DNA of 64,000 nt from an uncultured Eubacteriales bacterium (GTDB taxonomy: Bacteria; Bacillota; Sulfobacillia; Fermentithermobacillales; Fermentithermobacillaceae): NCBI GenBank assembly GCA_964406505.1, contig CAYORX010000003.1, positions 5,719-69,718 on the forward strand. The letters are read 5' to 3'. Under the pieces are notes generated by a model, which saw nothing but the letters and a program-made list of their open reading frames with translations, did no database searches and had not been told where the DNA came from. The translations under genes were made by a program, and so were the position numbers. Positions 18,552-29,333 of this stretch are shown in pieces (the first letter of the stretch is position 1; each line of letters opens with the position of its first letter).

Positions 18552-19277
18552 TTATTGCAAGTTATTGATATCTTTATGCAATCTTTGCATAATTCTTTTT
18601 TCTAATCGCGAAATATAAGACTGAGAGATTCCAAGCATATCTGCTACCTGTTTTTGGGTACGCTCAACACCGTCCTTCAAGCCGTATCGCAGATTTACAA
18701 TGGTTTTTTCTCGCCGGGGTAGCCTGTTCAATACAAGTCGGAGAACTTGCTTGTCATCTTCTTTTTCTAGATCACAATAGATAAGATCTGGACGGGTACC
18801 CTTAACATCAGAAAGGCGTAATTCATTTCCTTCGCCATCGATATTTAAAGGTTCGTCAAAGGATATTTCAAATTTCGTTTTAATAGTTTTGCGTAAATAC
18901 ATTAAAATTTCATTTTCGATACATTTTGAGGCATATGTTGCCAATCTTATATTTTTACTAACGTCAAATGTGGACACCGCTTTTATAAGACCAATGGATC
19001 CTATAGACACCAGATCATCAATAGGAATGCCTGTACTTTCAAATTTTTTTGCAATATATACAACAAGACGTAAATTTCTTTCGATTAAGGTAGTTTTTAT
19101 ATCAACTGTATTGTCTGATAGCTGCAGCAACAAATTTCTTTCTTCTTCTTGAGACAAAGGTGGAGGTAAAGCTTCTGAACCCCCGATGTAGTCTATCCGG
19201 CCATGTAGACCTAGAGTTATGATCAACTTCGTCCATTTAACAGAAAGCATGTTCTTAATATTGATCCAAGATATCAA
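18552..19277 (-). CDS. sigE: Pro-sigma E (sporulation sigma factor E)
   Basis: Pro-sequence followed by an [14 protein letters not shown] region-2 motif. Adjacent to spoIIGA. Confidence 0.9.
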   Translation of the reverse strand: MISWINIKNMLSVKWTKLIITLGLHGRIDYIGGSEALPPPLSQEEERNLLLQLSDNTVDIKTTLIERNLRLVVYIAKKFESTGIPIDDLVSIGSIGLIKAVSTFDVSKNIRLATYASKCIENEILMYLRKTIKTKFEISFDEPLNIDGEGNELRLSDVKGTRPDLIYCDLEKEDDKQVLRLVLNRLPRREKTIVNLRYGLKDGVERTQKQVADMLGISQSYISRLEKRIMQRLHKDINNLQ

Positions 19278-19313
19278 TCAATACACCTCTTTATATGGTA
19301 AATGAATTTGAAA

Positions 19314-20162
19314 TTATAATTTTACAAGCTCCGGATGCAACAAAGCTTGATAAATGCCGTGGGGCTTAAAGGGTTTACTTGATACACCAACTACGGCATC
19401 CTTTTTATATTTGTCGTTTTCATCTATAAAAAATAATCCATCTGGTATAAAAGCTGGCATGATCTCGGAATTTCCCGACACACTCATATATGGGATGATT
19501 TTCAACTTCGTTGCGATAGGCGATTCGGAGAGATTGTCAGTTGTAAAATCCCAAGTTGACAAAAAAAATTGAGATGCTTCTAGGGGTATGATGCTTTTTA
19601 GAGAATTCCAGTCGACTACAACAACCGGCAGTCCAGACACAGGGTCTCTTAAACTGTTTCCAGTATCCACCATGCCGGACACTGCTACTGATTGCGTGCC
19701 AAGGATTATCTCGAGTTTTACAAGATCATTTCGATAGATGGCAGAAATATTCAATATCTTCCACAAAAATTCTGCGACGCAGATCAAGATAATTGCTAAA
19801 ACTAAGGACCACCATTTTGCGATAGACTTACCTTGAATATATAAGGCCATAGCAGTGCCTGCAACCATTGTTGAGCACATATAAAAAGATCCCACTAGCA
19901 CCAAAGAGGAAAGTCCGTGTGCTTTGGGATAGGTGAAGGTAACCATAAATATGCCAAAAGCAATCCTAGCTATGAAACTAAAACAAAATTTGAAAGGTAA
20001 GACTAAGGCGCTTAATGAATACAAGCCGCCTATGCAAGATGCAATGACTGCTCGTTTAGTTTGGAAAGAATCTCCAGTGATTTTTCCTGCTGCCAAAAGC
20101 ATTATATAGTTTACTATGAGGTTAACAAAAAATAGCACGTCCAAATAAACATAGCTTATCAT
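19314..20162 (-). CDS. spoIIGA: Sigma-E processing aspartic peptidase SpoIIGA
   Basis: Five N-terminal TM helices and a C-terminal DTGNSLRDP aspartyl protease motif. Confidence 0.85.
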   Translation of the reverse strand: MISYVYLDVLFFVNLIVNYIMLLAAGKITGDSFQTKRAVIASCIGGLYSLSALVLPFKFCFSFIARIAFGIFMVTFTYPKAHGLSSLVLVGSFYMCSTMVAGTAMALYIQGKSIAKWWSLVLAIILICVAEFLWKILNISAIYRNDLVKLEIILGTQSVAVSGMVDTGNSLRDPVSGLPVVVVDWNSLKSIIPLEASQFFLSTWDFTTDNLSESPIATKLKIIPYMSVSGNSEIMPAFIPDGLFFIDENDKYKKDAVVGVSSKPFKPHGIYQALLHPELVKL

Positions 20163-20281
20163 CCCTTAACACCCCGTATGAACATGAATATTCGAGTTCG
20201 TCTACATTTATTCCCAAATCAAATCATACAGGACTATAAGTGCAAACTATGTAGTAATGTGCTATGTATTAATAATGCTTT

Positions 20282-21367
20282 TTATCGAGATTTTTCTTCG
20301 GTTTTTGCTCTTCTTAAGAAAGTAGGGACTTCGAGTAACTCTCTAGTCTCTACTTTTAGAATCGGGTGTTGCTGTCTCCTTTGGAACTTTCTAGCAGCTG
20401 TATTATCAAACCCGGTAGCAATTACAGTTATTTGTATCGTATCTTCAAACTCATCATTTATCACAGCACCAAAAATAATATTCGCATCAGGATCGGCGGA
20501 TTGCATTACTATTTCTGCGGCTTCGTTGACTTCGAAAATGCCGAGATCAGGACCGCCTGTAACATTCATCAAAACACCTTTTGCCCCGTCGATGGTCGCT
20601 TCGAGCAAAGGACTAGCTATAGCTTGCAGGGCAGCGTCTTTAGCCTTGTTTTCGCCTTGTGCCATGCCAATGCCCATAAGCGCCGAACCTGTATCCATCA
20701 TAATGGTCCTAACATCTGCAAAATCGAGATTAATGAGACCTGGAACGCATACAAGATCGGAAATTCCCTGGACGCCGTGGCGAAGTACGTCATCAGCAAC
20801 CCTAAACGCATCTAGGATAGATGCACTTTGTTCTACCACTTGTAATAGCCGATCATTTGGTATCACTATCAATGTATCTACGCTATTGCGAAGTTTGTTA
20901 ATACCTTCCAATGCAACGGTCATTCGCCGGCGGCCTTCGAAAGAAAAAGGTTTTGTTACTACGCCAACAGTTAATGCTCCAACTTCTTTAGCAGCTTGTG
21001 CGATAATTGGGGTACCGCCGGTTCCGGTTCCTCCGCCCATGCCGGCAGTGACGAAAACCATATCTGCACCTTTGAGATGCTCAATAATTTCATCCTTAGA
21101 TTCTTCAGCCGCTTTTTCGCCAACCTCAGGATTAGCCCCAGCCCCTAATCCTCTAGTAAGTGCTTCCCCGATTTGGAGTTTTGCGGGGGCCATTGACAAA
21201 CTAAGTGATTGGGCATCGCTATTGATGCAAATAAACTCAACTCCCTTTATTCCAGCATCAATCATACGATTAACCGCGTTACTGCCGCCGCCGCCAACAC
21301 CAACTACTTTTAAACTAGCATATCTGGGTTCTTCTTCGAACACGGCCACACAACTCCCCTCTTCCAA
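20282..21367 (-). CDS. ftsZ: Cell-division GTPase FtsZ
   Basis: GGGGSNAV and GGGTGTG tubulin signature motifs. Confidence 0.97.
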   Translation of the reverse strand: MEEGSCVAVFEEEPRYASLKVVGVGGGGSNAVNRMIDAGIKGVEFICINSDAQSLSLSMAPAKLQIGEALTRGLGAGANPEVGEKAAEESKDEIIEHLKGADMVFVTAGMGGGTGTGGTPIIAQAAKEVGALTVGVVTKPFSFEGRRRMTVALEGINKLRNSVDTLIVIPNDRLLQVVEQSASILDAFRVADDVLRHGVQGISDLVCVPGLINLDFADVRTIMMDTGSALMGIGMAQGENKAKDAALQAIASPLLEATIDGAKGVLMNVTGGPDLGIFEVNEAAEIVMQSADPDANIIFGAVINDEFEDTIQITVIATGFDNTAARKFQRRQQHPILKVETRELLEVPTFLRRAKTEEKSR

Positions 21368-21397
21368 GCAAAATATATTTCGAAATTTTATTTTTCA

Positions 21398-21769
21398 CTA
21401 ATCTTTGCTGCTAGCTTGGGTCATGGCTTTTTTTTCTACCCATTCTTTTAGATAATGTCGTCGTATTAGCCCTAGATTGTTAAATATTCGTACACCTAAA
21501 GCAACAACCGCTGCAAGATACAATTCTATGCCCAAAACATCCCCGAAGTAAACGAATGCAGCAGCTAAGATGGTGTTACCAACGAAGCCCGTAGCAAAAA
21601 TTATGATGTCAAAATCACCCTCTAAGCTAGCTCGTAAGCCCCCAAGGGAGGTATCAACACCAGCAAGCAAGCTTACTGCCAAGTAACGCGCAAGTATTAC
21701 CGGGATTTTCCAAGGTATGTTGAGCCCAATTGCAACCCCTACAAGCAAAGCAGCTAAAAGATACCACAT
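21398..21769 (-). CDS. sbp: Small basic membrane protein Sbp (DUF1290)
   Basis: 123 aa with 3-4 TM segments. In Bacillus sbp precedes ftsA and ftsZ; here it abuts ftsZ directly. Confidence 0.7.
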   Translation of the reverse strand: MWYLLAALLVGVAIGLNIPWKIPVILARYLAVSLLAGVDTSLGGLRASLEGDFDIIIFATGFVGNTILAAAFVYFGDVLGIELYLAAVVALGVRIFNNLGLIRRHYLKEWVEKKAMTQASSKD

Positions 21770-22485
21770 TACAATCCCTCTTTTTGAACCGGTTTTGCAA
21801 ATCTAAAATTAAGCGATCCTGTATAAGCAGGTACGATAAGTTCTTGTTCGATTTTAATTTTTACGTCAATCCCCCAAAATGAAAGATTATCCACAACTCC
21901 GCCGCGCATCTTCAAAGCGTTTTGTAGCACATCCGGATCACCAATGGCATTGATCTTCAAAGGTGGGGCAAGCCTTACCCCATTGATCATAAACACTGCT
22001 CCCGCACAACGAATCTCGGTGGTTGCTACAACGCGTTGATCGTTGATTGACAATGCTTCTGCTCCAGCGGCTAAGAGTTCATTAACTACGGCTAAAACAT
22101 CATCATCATGGATAATGAAAAGGTTTGGATCCTGACCTGAAGATGTTTCCTTTTTTGCGTCATTCATTTCGACAGTAATTCCGGACCCGGTAACCTCTGA
22201 AAGACCGGCCAAGACTCTAGCCCTAAGCAGCTCATCTTGCAAAACTTTGATCTGACTTTCGCCTTCAACCATTGCTTCTGCCACCCGATCACGTAGTGTT
22301 TTCACTTCGTCTCGCAGCCTATCTCTTTCTTCTTCAGTAGCGGTAAGAAGTAGCGATAATTCTTCCGCTCGCTGGTGATGGACGTTAGCGGGCACAGGGG
22401 GCCGCACTCTTAACTGGGTAGCTAATAAAAAGCCGAATAAAAGAAATATAATTGTCAGCGCGATCTGGGAACCACGTCGGCTCAC
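21769..22485 (-). CDS. DUF881 (YlxW/YlxX-like) division-site protein
   Basis: N-terminal TM, a coiled-coil and a DUF881-like C-terminal domain. It sits between divIB and sbp as in B. subtilis. Confidence 0.65.
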   Translation of the reverse strand: MSRRGSQIALTIIFLLFGFLLATQLRVRPPVPANVHHQRAEELSLLLTATEEERDRLRDEVKTLRDRVAEAMVEGESQIKVLQDELLRARVLAGLSEVTGSGITVEMNDAKKETSSGQDPNLFIIHDDDVLAVVNELLAAGAEALSINDQRVVATTEIRCAGAVFMINGVRLAPPLKINAIGDPDVLQNALKMRGGVVDNLSFWGIDVKIKIEQELIVPAYTGSLNFRFAKPVQKEGL

Positions 22486-22514
22486 AGGTGCTCCCCCCCT
22501 TTCTTCCTTAGTAT

Positions 22515-23261
22515 CTATAGTTTGAGTTTAACTGCATGCTTGTCGAAGCGCAAATCAATATATTCAGCGTGACTACCGTCTTCATCTAGTTCAGTAATAA
22601 TTGACTCAAGTAGTATTATTTGTTCGCCTAGACCTGTTTTTTCTTTTCCTATAAACACTTTACATCCGTCTTCAAAGATGAGAATACACTCTTCATTTTC
22701 CATATTGATTTCAATTAATTTGTGTTTTGATTTTGGGCCTAATTGCATAAATACCTCGAGCCCCCAACTGTATTGTGTTTCTATAATTTGTCCTGCGGCT
22801 AAAACACCTTCTATACCTGTAAAAGCGATAAGATCATTAGATATCCCATCGTCTTCTTGAAGCACACGGCCTTGTCCATCTATTAACCACATTTTATTAC
22901 CCACAGGAGCAAAAACAATTGGGATTCGCTCTACTATTTCGATGGCGATAGTATCAGGTAACACCCTGGTGCAGTGAGCCTCGGCGATCCAAGGAGATGA
23001 TTTTACTGTCCTTTGAGCCTTGTCCAAATCAAAATCAAAAATATTGGCTGATTTCTGACTGCACCTCGCAATTATTTCAGCGTGGGATACCCTGTTTGCT
23101 CCACTAATGACATAATGTTTCACAGAAAAATAAGGCGATCTTAAGAATAAAAACACTCCCACTAAAGCAAAAAAAGCTATGCTTAAAGCCCAAAAAGAAT
23201 TTCGGCTTATCGTTCGACGCTGAACTTTATCTTTCGGATCACCTGCTTTTTTCTGATCCAT
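22515..23261 (-). CDS. divIB: Cell-division protein DivIB/FtsQ
   Basis: N-terminal TM and a POTRA domain (VKHYVISGANRVSHAEII). Confidence 0.85.
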   Translation of the reverse strand: MDQKKAGDPKDKVQRRTISRNSFWALSIAFFALVGVFLFLRSPYFSVKHYVISGANRVSHAEIIARCSQKSANIFDFDLDKAQRTVKSSPWIAEAHCTRVLPDTIAIEIVERIPIVFAPVGNKMWLIDGQGRVLQEDDGISNDLIAFTGIEGVLAAGQIIETQYSWGLEVFMQLGPKSKHKLIEINMENEECILIFEDGCKVFIGKEKTGLGEQIILLESIITELDEDGSHAEYIDLRFDKHAVKLKL

Positions 23262-23277
23262 ATTTAAATATAAACCC

Positions 23278-24537
23278 TCATTTCACCCTTGATATAGTTG
23301 CGCCTAGAGCAGTTAATTTTTGTTCCAAGCGTTCGTATCCCCGATCTACGTTTTCGATATTTGAGACGGTTGTTTTGCCTTCGGCTGATAGCCCAGCCAA
23401 AACTAACGACGCTCCAGATCTCAGATCACTAGATACAACTTTAGCTCCTGACAAATTAGGTACTCCTTTTATTATAGCAGTTCTACCTTCTGTACGAATT
23501 TTAGCACCCATTCTTCCAAGTTCCTCAGCTTGCTTAAATCTTGATTCAAAAATAGTTTCACTAATTACCGATGTTCCCTTCGCAATAGAAGTTAGCGCCA
23601 TCATTTGTGGTTGTATATCCGTTGGGAATCCAGGATAAGGTAAAGTCATAAGATCAATAGGTTTTATCTCAGGCGAGCCTTTCACCCGAATGCCATTGTT
23701 TTGGAAAGATATAATTGTTCCCGCTTCTCGAAGTTTGGATATGACTGCTTGAACATGTTCAGGCAAAGCATTTCTTAGATAAATATCGCCTTCAGTTATA
23801 GCACTTGCGATCATTAAAGTGCCAACTTCTATTCTATCTGGCATAATGGTATATTCGCATCCTTTTAGATGTTTTACCCCTTCTATTCGTATTATGTCTG
23901 TGCCCGCTCCATGTATTTTAGCACCCATAGTGTTTAAAAAATTTTGCAAATCAACGATTTCAGGTTCTTTGGCGGCGTTCCGAATTATAGTGACCCCATT
24001 AGCGAGAACAGCACACATCATTGTGTTTTCAGTTGCGCCTACTGATGGTATATCTAGATGAATATCTGTGCCCCGTAATCTGTTTGCCACGGCAATTATT
24101 TGGCCATGTGCCTTAGTGAAATTTACACCCAATGCTCTTAAGCCTTTTAAATGCTGATCTATTGGTCTTAAACCAATATTGCATCCTCCGGGATATGACA
24201 TTTTAGCCTTACCAAGTTTTGCAGTTAGTGGTCCCATTAGGAATATAGATGATCTCACTTGCCTTACAAGCGTTTCATTGACCACATGACTGTTAAGGGA
24301 CGTAGGATCAATATTAAGAGTTTGTTTCGCCGAATTTGATTTTTCGACAATCACACCTATTTCGCGCAACATTTCTGTCATAACCTTTACGTCTATCAAA
24401 TTCGGAGCATTGTGTAATACACACGGAGAATCAGCCATAATAGATGCGGCCATAATGGGCAGCACAGCATTTTTCCCTCCGCTGACAGTAACGTCACCCA
24501 CTAGTACGTTGCCACCTTCAATAATAAACTTTGCCAT
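23278..24537 (-). CDS. murA: UDP-N-acetylglucosamine 1-carboxyvinyltransferase
   Basis: MAKFIIEGG...VSGGKNAVLPIMAA N-terminus and the EPT fold. Confidence 0.95.
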   Translation of the reverse strand: MAKFIIEGGNVLVGDVTVSGGKNAVLPIMAASIMADSPCVLHNAPNLIDVKVMTEMLREIGVIVEKSNSAKQTLNIDPTSLNSHVVNETLVRQVRSSIFLMGPLTAKLGKAKMSYPGGCNIGLRPIDQHLKGLRALGVNFTKAHGQIIAVANRLRGTDIHLDIPSVGATENTMMCAVLANGVTIIRNAAKEPEIVDLQNFLNTMGAKIHGAGTDIIRIEGVKHLKGCEYTIMPDRIEVGTLMIASAITEGDIYLRNALPEHVQAVISKLREAGTIISFQNNGIRVKGSPEIKPIDLMTLPYPGFPTDIQPQMMALTSIAKGTSVISETIFESRFKQAEELGRMGAKIRTEGRTAIIKGVPNLSGAKVVSSDLRSGASLVLAGLSAEGKTTVSNIENVDRGYERLEQKLTALGATISRVK

Positions 24538-24625
24538 TTTTCTTCTCACACTCCTGGCTAGAGCAACTTAGTTCTGCATCTTTTCAATACGGTATATATT
24601 ACGAAATTCATCGGGAACTGGTTAC

Positions 24626-25984
24626 TCAAGTTGCCAGTAGATCTGAAAGCATATCGTGGGTTTTCCATATATCCCCTGCACCAAGAGTTACTAATACTCC
24701 GCGTCCCATACATAACTCTACCGATAAACGTGTCGCTTCCTTAAAATTTTCAGCTTTAAAAACCTGTTTATGCCCTGATTTCTCAATTGCATTGCTAACA
24801 ATTCCCGGTTCGATTTCTAAATCATCTTTTTCCCCCGGGCCACCATAAATTCCAGTGACAACAACAGCATCTGCTTTAGAAAACGCACTACCAAATTCGT
24901 CTTTCAATAGCCTGGTGCGTGAATATCTATGAGGTTGAAACAGAACTACTATTTTTTCATTTGGCAGATGTTCTTTGATAGCGGAAAGAGCGGTTGAAAT
25001 TTCGTTGGGATGATGTGCAAAATCATCCAAAAGTAATACTCTACCAAATCTACCGATACGCTCTAGTCTGCGCTTCACTCCGGGAAATATGGATAACTGT
25101 TCGCATGCCGTGACAGGATCCACTCCAGCTACCGTTGACGCTGCTACAGCTCCTAAAGCATTTTGCAAGTTGTGCAATCCAGGCATTTCAATGTTTAGGG
25201 GGGCTATGTAACGCTTGTGTTTACAAACTTTGCAGGTTGTTTTCCACCCACATCTTTCAATTTCTACTGCTTGCCAAATTGCATCAGTTTTAACGCCATA
25301 GGTTGTCGCGTCAGGATTATCGGCAGCCCATTGGTTTAGGTAAGGGTTATCTGTACATACGATATTCATTCCGCCGTTTTTAGTTTGCTTGAGATATGAG
25401 CTAAAAGCCCTCTTTAAGGTTTCGAAATCATTCCAATACTCAAGATGATCATTATCAATATTGGTAACAACACTTATGTCGGGATTGCATTTAAGAAATG
25501 AGCCGTCGCTTTCATCTGTTTCAATTACAGCTAAATCTCCATCACCAACGCGGGCATTTCCATTAACCCCAAAGCTACCGCCAATTAGATAAGTAGGATC
25601 TTTTCCGACCTGCTCCAAAATCCAAGATACCATCGCCGCAGTTGTTGTTTTACCGTGGGCACCTGCAACACTCAGAATTTTTTTGCCTTCAATTGCCTTA
25701 AGTAACATGTCCATACGATGGATTATCGGCAGATTCTTATTCTTTGCCTCAATTACTTCGGGATTGTCGTTTGAAATAGCTGAAGATACCACTACTATGT
25801 CCGGATTTTTGATATTTTCTTTTCGATGTCCGATGAACACGTCAGCACCTAATTTGCGTAAATGTTTAGTGGCAGAACTTGATTTCACATCTGACCCTGA
25901 CACTTGGACACCTTTTGATAGTAAAACTTTAGCAATTCCGGACATGCCCGAACCGCCTATTGCTATAAAATGAACTTTTTTCAT
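24626..25984 (-). CDS. murC: UDP-N-acetylmuramate--L-alanine ligase
   Basis: HFIAIGGSGMSGIA signature and a Mur ligase central domain (GKTTT). Confidence 0.95.
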   Translation of the reverse strand: MKKVHFIAIGGSGMSGIAKVLLSKGVQVSGSDVKSSSATKHLRKLGADVFIGHRKENIKNPDIVVVSSAISNDNPEVIEAKNKNLPIIHRMDMLLKAIEGKKILSVAGAHGKTTTAAMVSWILEQVGKDPTYLIGGSFGVNGNARVGDGDLAVIETDESDGSFLKCNPDISVVTNIDNDHLEYWNDFETLKRAFSSYLKQTKNGGMNIVCTDNPYLNQWAADNPDATTYGVKTDAIWQAVEIERCGWKTTCKVCKHKRYIAPLNIEMPGLHNLQNALGAVAASTVAGVDPVTACEQLSIFPGVKRRLERIGRFGRVLLLDDFAHHPNEISTALSAIKEHLPNEKIVVLFQPHRYSRTRLLKDEFGSAFSKADAVVVTGIYGGPGEKDDLEIEPGIVSNAIEKSGHKQVFKAENFKEATRLSVELCMGRGVLVTLGAGDIWKTHDMLSDLLAT

Positions 25985-26078
25985 TGTACACCTACTCTTG
26001 CTTTCTTAAGATTCTTCGTTAAATATTATGACTTTTACACGAAATTGCTAATAATAGTTACCTTTACTGCATAGGGTG

Positions 26079-27194
26079 TCAACCCCGTTTTGCAAGGGAA
26101 ATGAGCTCTAGGGCGATTTGTTTTGCTGCATTCGGACGCCCGATGTTTCTAGAGGCTTGCGCCATTTTTTTATAGCGTTCAGGATTGAGTAGAATATTTA
26201 TTAAACCCTGTTCAACGCTCTCAAAAGTGTTTTCACCCTCAGGAACAATTAATGCAGCCCCCACGGCCTCTAATTCCCGGGCATTATATTCTTGATGATT
26301 TCCTACGACATTTGGTGAAGGCACTATTATAGAAGGTAAGCCAAGTGCTGTAATTTCTGCAAGGGTCATACCTCCTGCTCTGGCTAGTACCATTTCACAC
26401 GCTCGATATGCTGTTTCCATTTCGTAAATATAAGGTCGTAAAATAATATTTCCACATTTTGCTCCATCTATGCCAACTTCTACCTTTGCGTTTAATCGCG
26501 CAACAGCGCGTCCAAAATATTCTTGACCGGTTATCAAGATCATTTGCGTGTTTACGTTTCCGGCTTTCGCTATATCGATCGCAATATCAACTAAAAATCT
26601 AGCACCCCTTGATCCACCTAGAACAAGTAAAGTAAATTGGTTACTAAGTCCGTATTGCGATTTTGCATCGCCAATTGAACTGTTTAATATGTTAGCCCTG
26701 ATAGGATTGCCGGTAACTTTCACGTTTGCATTTTTGGGGAACAAGCCGATAGTTTGTTCCCAGGCTGTAAAAGTGATCTTTGTGATTCTTGATAAAATGA
26801 GATTTGTTTTGCCAGGGATTGCGTTTTGTTCTTGGATAGCGCATGGTATCCCCATAAGGTAAGATGCCAATACCATAGGACCAGAAACGTAACCACCTGT
26901 GCCTAAAACAACATCTGGTCTAAACCGTTTAATAATCTTACGGGCATCGTTTAATCCTAGTGAGGCTGCCCAAATACCTTTTAAAGCAGCAATAGGCGAT
27001 TTCCCCATAATCCCTAACGACCTTATTGATTCAAAATCGAATCCTTCCTTAGGTACTAAATTACTCTCCATACCTGTCGATGTTCCAACGTAAAGCACTT
27101 TGGCGTTAGGAAGTAACCGGATAACAGCTTCCGCTACTGCCATAGCTGGATAAATATGACCACCAGTTCCACCACCTGTTACCAAGCATCTCAT
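26079..27194 (-). CDS. murG: Undecaprenyldiphospho-muramoylpentapeptide beta-N-acetylglucosaminyltransferase
   Basis: VTGGGTGGHIYPAMAV N-terminal motif. Confidence 0.95.
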   Translation of the reverse strand: MRCLVTGGGTGGHIYPAMAVAEAVIRLLPNAKVLYVGTSTGMESNLVPKEGFDFESIRSLGIMGKSPIAALKGIWAASLGLNDARKIIKRFRPDVVLGTGGYVSGPMVLASYLMGIPCAIQEQNAIPGKTNLILSRITKITFTAWEQTIGLFPKNANVKVTGNPIRANILNSSIGDAKSQYGLSNQFTLLVLGGSRGARFLVDIAIDIAKAGNVNTQMILITGQEYFGRAVARLNAKVEVGIDGAKCGNIILRPYIYEMETAYRACEMVLARAGGMTLAEITALGLPSIIVPSPNVVGNHQEYNARELEAVGAALIVPEGENTFESVEQGLINILLNPERYKKMAQASRNIGRPNAAKQIALELISLAKRG

Positions 27195-27205
27195 TTTGTA
27201 TCCTC

Positions 27206-28366
27206 CTATCTGCTCGAGTATCGGGAAATATTAAGCAAAACACCTGCAGACATAAGGCTAATTAGAAGCGATGAACCACCATAACTTACAAAGGGTAGTG
27301 TTATTCCCGTAGTAGGTAACGAAACAGTTGCCACGCCAATATTTATGATTGCCTGAAGAGTAATTACTGTGGTAAGCCCTGCTGCTAACAAACAAGAATA
27401 GCGATCAGGTGCCGCCATGGCAGTTCTATAACCTCTCCATGCGAAAGTAAAGAACAATGATAGTACTAGTGCAGTGCCGAAAAAACCTAGTTCTTCTCCA
27501 ATTACAGAAAAAATGAAGTCTGTATCGGGCTGCGGCAAATAAAACCATTTTTGGCGTGAAAAACCGATACCAGTTCCAAACGGGCCACCGGTACCAAGAG
27601 CGTAAAGGGACTGTATTATTTGCCAACCCGTACCTGTTGGATCTTTCCAGGGATCCAAAAAAGCTAAAAGGCGATTTTTACGGTATTCTTCGTTCATCAC
27701 TAGGTAATAGACAAGTGGCGATGAGGCTAAGCCGGAAAATAGTAAGTGAAAACCGTTTGCTCCCGCAATATACAACACTATAACGGCAGCACCTGCCCCG
27801 GTTAAGGCAGTGCCTAGATCGGGTTCTAATAACACAAGCCCAAATGTTACCCCAACGATCACGAGATACCGCACTGATCCTTTTATAAATCTTTTGATTT
27901 CATCTTTGCTTCGCGCTAATCGATTGGCCAAAAAAAGAATCGTAGTAAATTTAGCTACTTCGGCAGGTTGAAATCCGAAACCGTTGATTCCCAGCCAACG
28001 TCTTGCACCTTCCCTCACGTCTCCAATTCCGGGTATGAGTACCAAAACCAAAAGTGATAAAGAAACTGCATAAGCATAGGGAATCAAATGCCTGTATCTC
28101 CAACAATCAAAATTCATCAGAAAAAACATGGTAATTAGACCCAAAACCGCCCAAAGGGATTGTCTGATCAAGTAGTGGTAGGCATTCCCATAAAACTTCA
28201 AAGACTTCACCATGCTTGCAGAGAACACCATAGTTATTCCAAGGGCAAGCAAGGTAAGAATGGTAAAAAACAGAATATAATCCGGATTTCCCCTTTGCAC
28301 CATGCGTTTTGCCCTTCTTTTGTTCACCTGTACCACCCCTGATTTATATATATGCCATCGAAGCAA
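27206..28366 (-). CDS. ftsW: SEDS-family lipid II flippase/polymerase FtsW/SpoVE
   Basis: Multi-TM protein at the canonical dcw position between mraY and murG. The exact start is uncertain. Confidence 0.85.
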   Translation of the reverse strand: MLRWHIYKSGVVQVNKRRAKRMVQRGNPDYILFFTILTLLALGITMVFSASMVKSLKFYGNAYHYLIRQSLWAVLGLITMFFLMNFDCWRYRHLIPYAYAVSLSLLVLVLIPGIGDVREGARRWLGINGFGFQPAEVAKFTTILFLANRLARSKDEIKRFIKGSVRYLVIVGVTFGLVLLEPDLGTALTGAGAAVIVLYIAGANGFHLLFSGLASSPLVYYLVMNEEYRKNRLLAFLDPWKDPTGTGWQIIQSLYALGTGGPFGTGIGFSRQKWFYLPQPDTDFIFSVIGEELGFFGTALVLSLFFTFAWRGYRTAMAAPDRYSCLLAAGLTTVITLQAIINIGVATVSLPTTGITLPFVSYGGSSLLISLMSAGVLLNISRYSSR

Positions 28367-29333
28367 TTCCCAAAAACGCCATAGCTAAGGAAATAAACCA
28401 AAACAGGTGGACTACTTGTTTTTCGCGCCAACCCAAGAGTTCGAAATGGTGATGTAACGGTGCCATTTTGAAAATGCGTTTACCAAAGACCTGGAAAGAA
28501 AACACTTGCAAAATTACTGAAATCACCTCGATTAATTGCACCGCTACGATGAAAATAAAGACTAATTCAGTTTGTGTTACGATGGCATATCCCGCCAAAA
28601 GGCCTCCTAGGGCTAAAGAACCCGTATCCCCCATAAATACTTTTGCAGGATTATAATTATACACTAAAAATCCACCCAAAGCGCCAATTGTGGATAGTGC
28701 TAAAGTTGCTACACTGAATAATTCTTGGTTATTTGTAACGCAAATATAACGGATTGTAATAAATGAATAAGCCCCAAGTCCGAAAATCGCTATTCCTGCC
28801 GCTAATCCATCTAGGCCGTCCGTAAAATTCATTCCGTTTCCCGAGCCTGTGATAAGTACTATTCCTAAAATAGGATAAAGCACTCCTAGTTCTAGAGTTT
28901 TACCGGTAAAAGGAATTATAACTGTAGAACCTCTTTCGACAAAAAACCACATGAATAAAGCGGCGAACAGGATTTGAAGTGCTATTTTTTCTCTAGCCTT
29001 TAACCCTAATGAATGACCAGCCAATACTTGTCTATAATCATCTATAAAACCTATTAGACCGTATGAAAGCATGAGACATAGAATCAGTATTTCTTCTCGA
29101 CACGGTAGAGACTTAGTAAAAGCAAAAACCATTATACGGGATAGCACTATGCTGATAATAAATAATAATCCTCCCATCGTAGGAGTTCCCGTTTTTTTAA
29201 TGTGCGTTTTTGGTCCGTCAGTTCGAATTTGCTGTCTAATTTTAAGGTCTCTGAGCTTGGGAATTAAAATGTTGCCAACAATTAGTGTAAAAAACAAACT
29301 GGGAAGCAAGTAGAGCATCAAGTGTTTCAACAT
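28344..29333 (-). CDS. mraY: Phospho-N-acetylmuramoyl-pentapeptide transferase
   Basis: Conserved MraY membrane topology and the KxxTPTMGG motif. Confidence 0.95.
   Translation of the reverse strand: MLKHLMLYLLPSLFFTLIVGNILIPKLRDLKIRQQIRTDGPKTHIKKTGTPTMGGLLFIISIVLSRIMVFAFTKSLPCREEILILCLMLSYGLIGFIDDYRQVLAGHSLGLKAREKIALQILFAALFMWFFVERGSTVIIPFTGKTLELGVLYPILGIVLITGSGNGMNFTDGLDGLAAGIAIFGLGAYSFITIRYICVTNNQELFSVATLALSTIGALGGFLVYNYNPAKVFMGDTGSLALGGLLAGYAIVTQTELVFIFIVAVQLIEVISVILQVFSFQVFGKRIFKMAPLHHHFELLGWREKQVVHLFWFISLAMAFLGIASMAYI

Noticed and set aside
20163-20281. Spo0A-box-like TCGAA repeats upstream of spoIIGA
   Set aside because: The matches lie within about 40 nt of the start codon, inside the likely 5' UTR. 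The intergenic region is too short to contain the promoter, which probably lies within the ftsZ 3' end.
20178-21401. 407-aa plus-strand ORF rich in Ser, Pro, Ala and Thr
   Set aside because: It is entirely antisense to ftsZ and part of sbp. Its composition is low-complexity, typical of a shadow ORF opposite a highly conserved gene.
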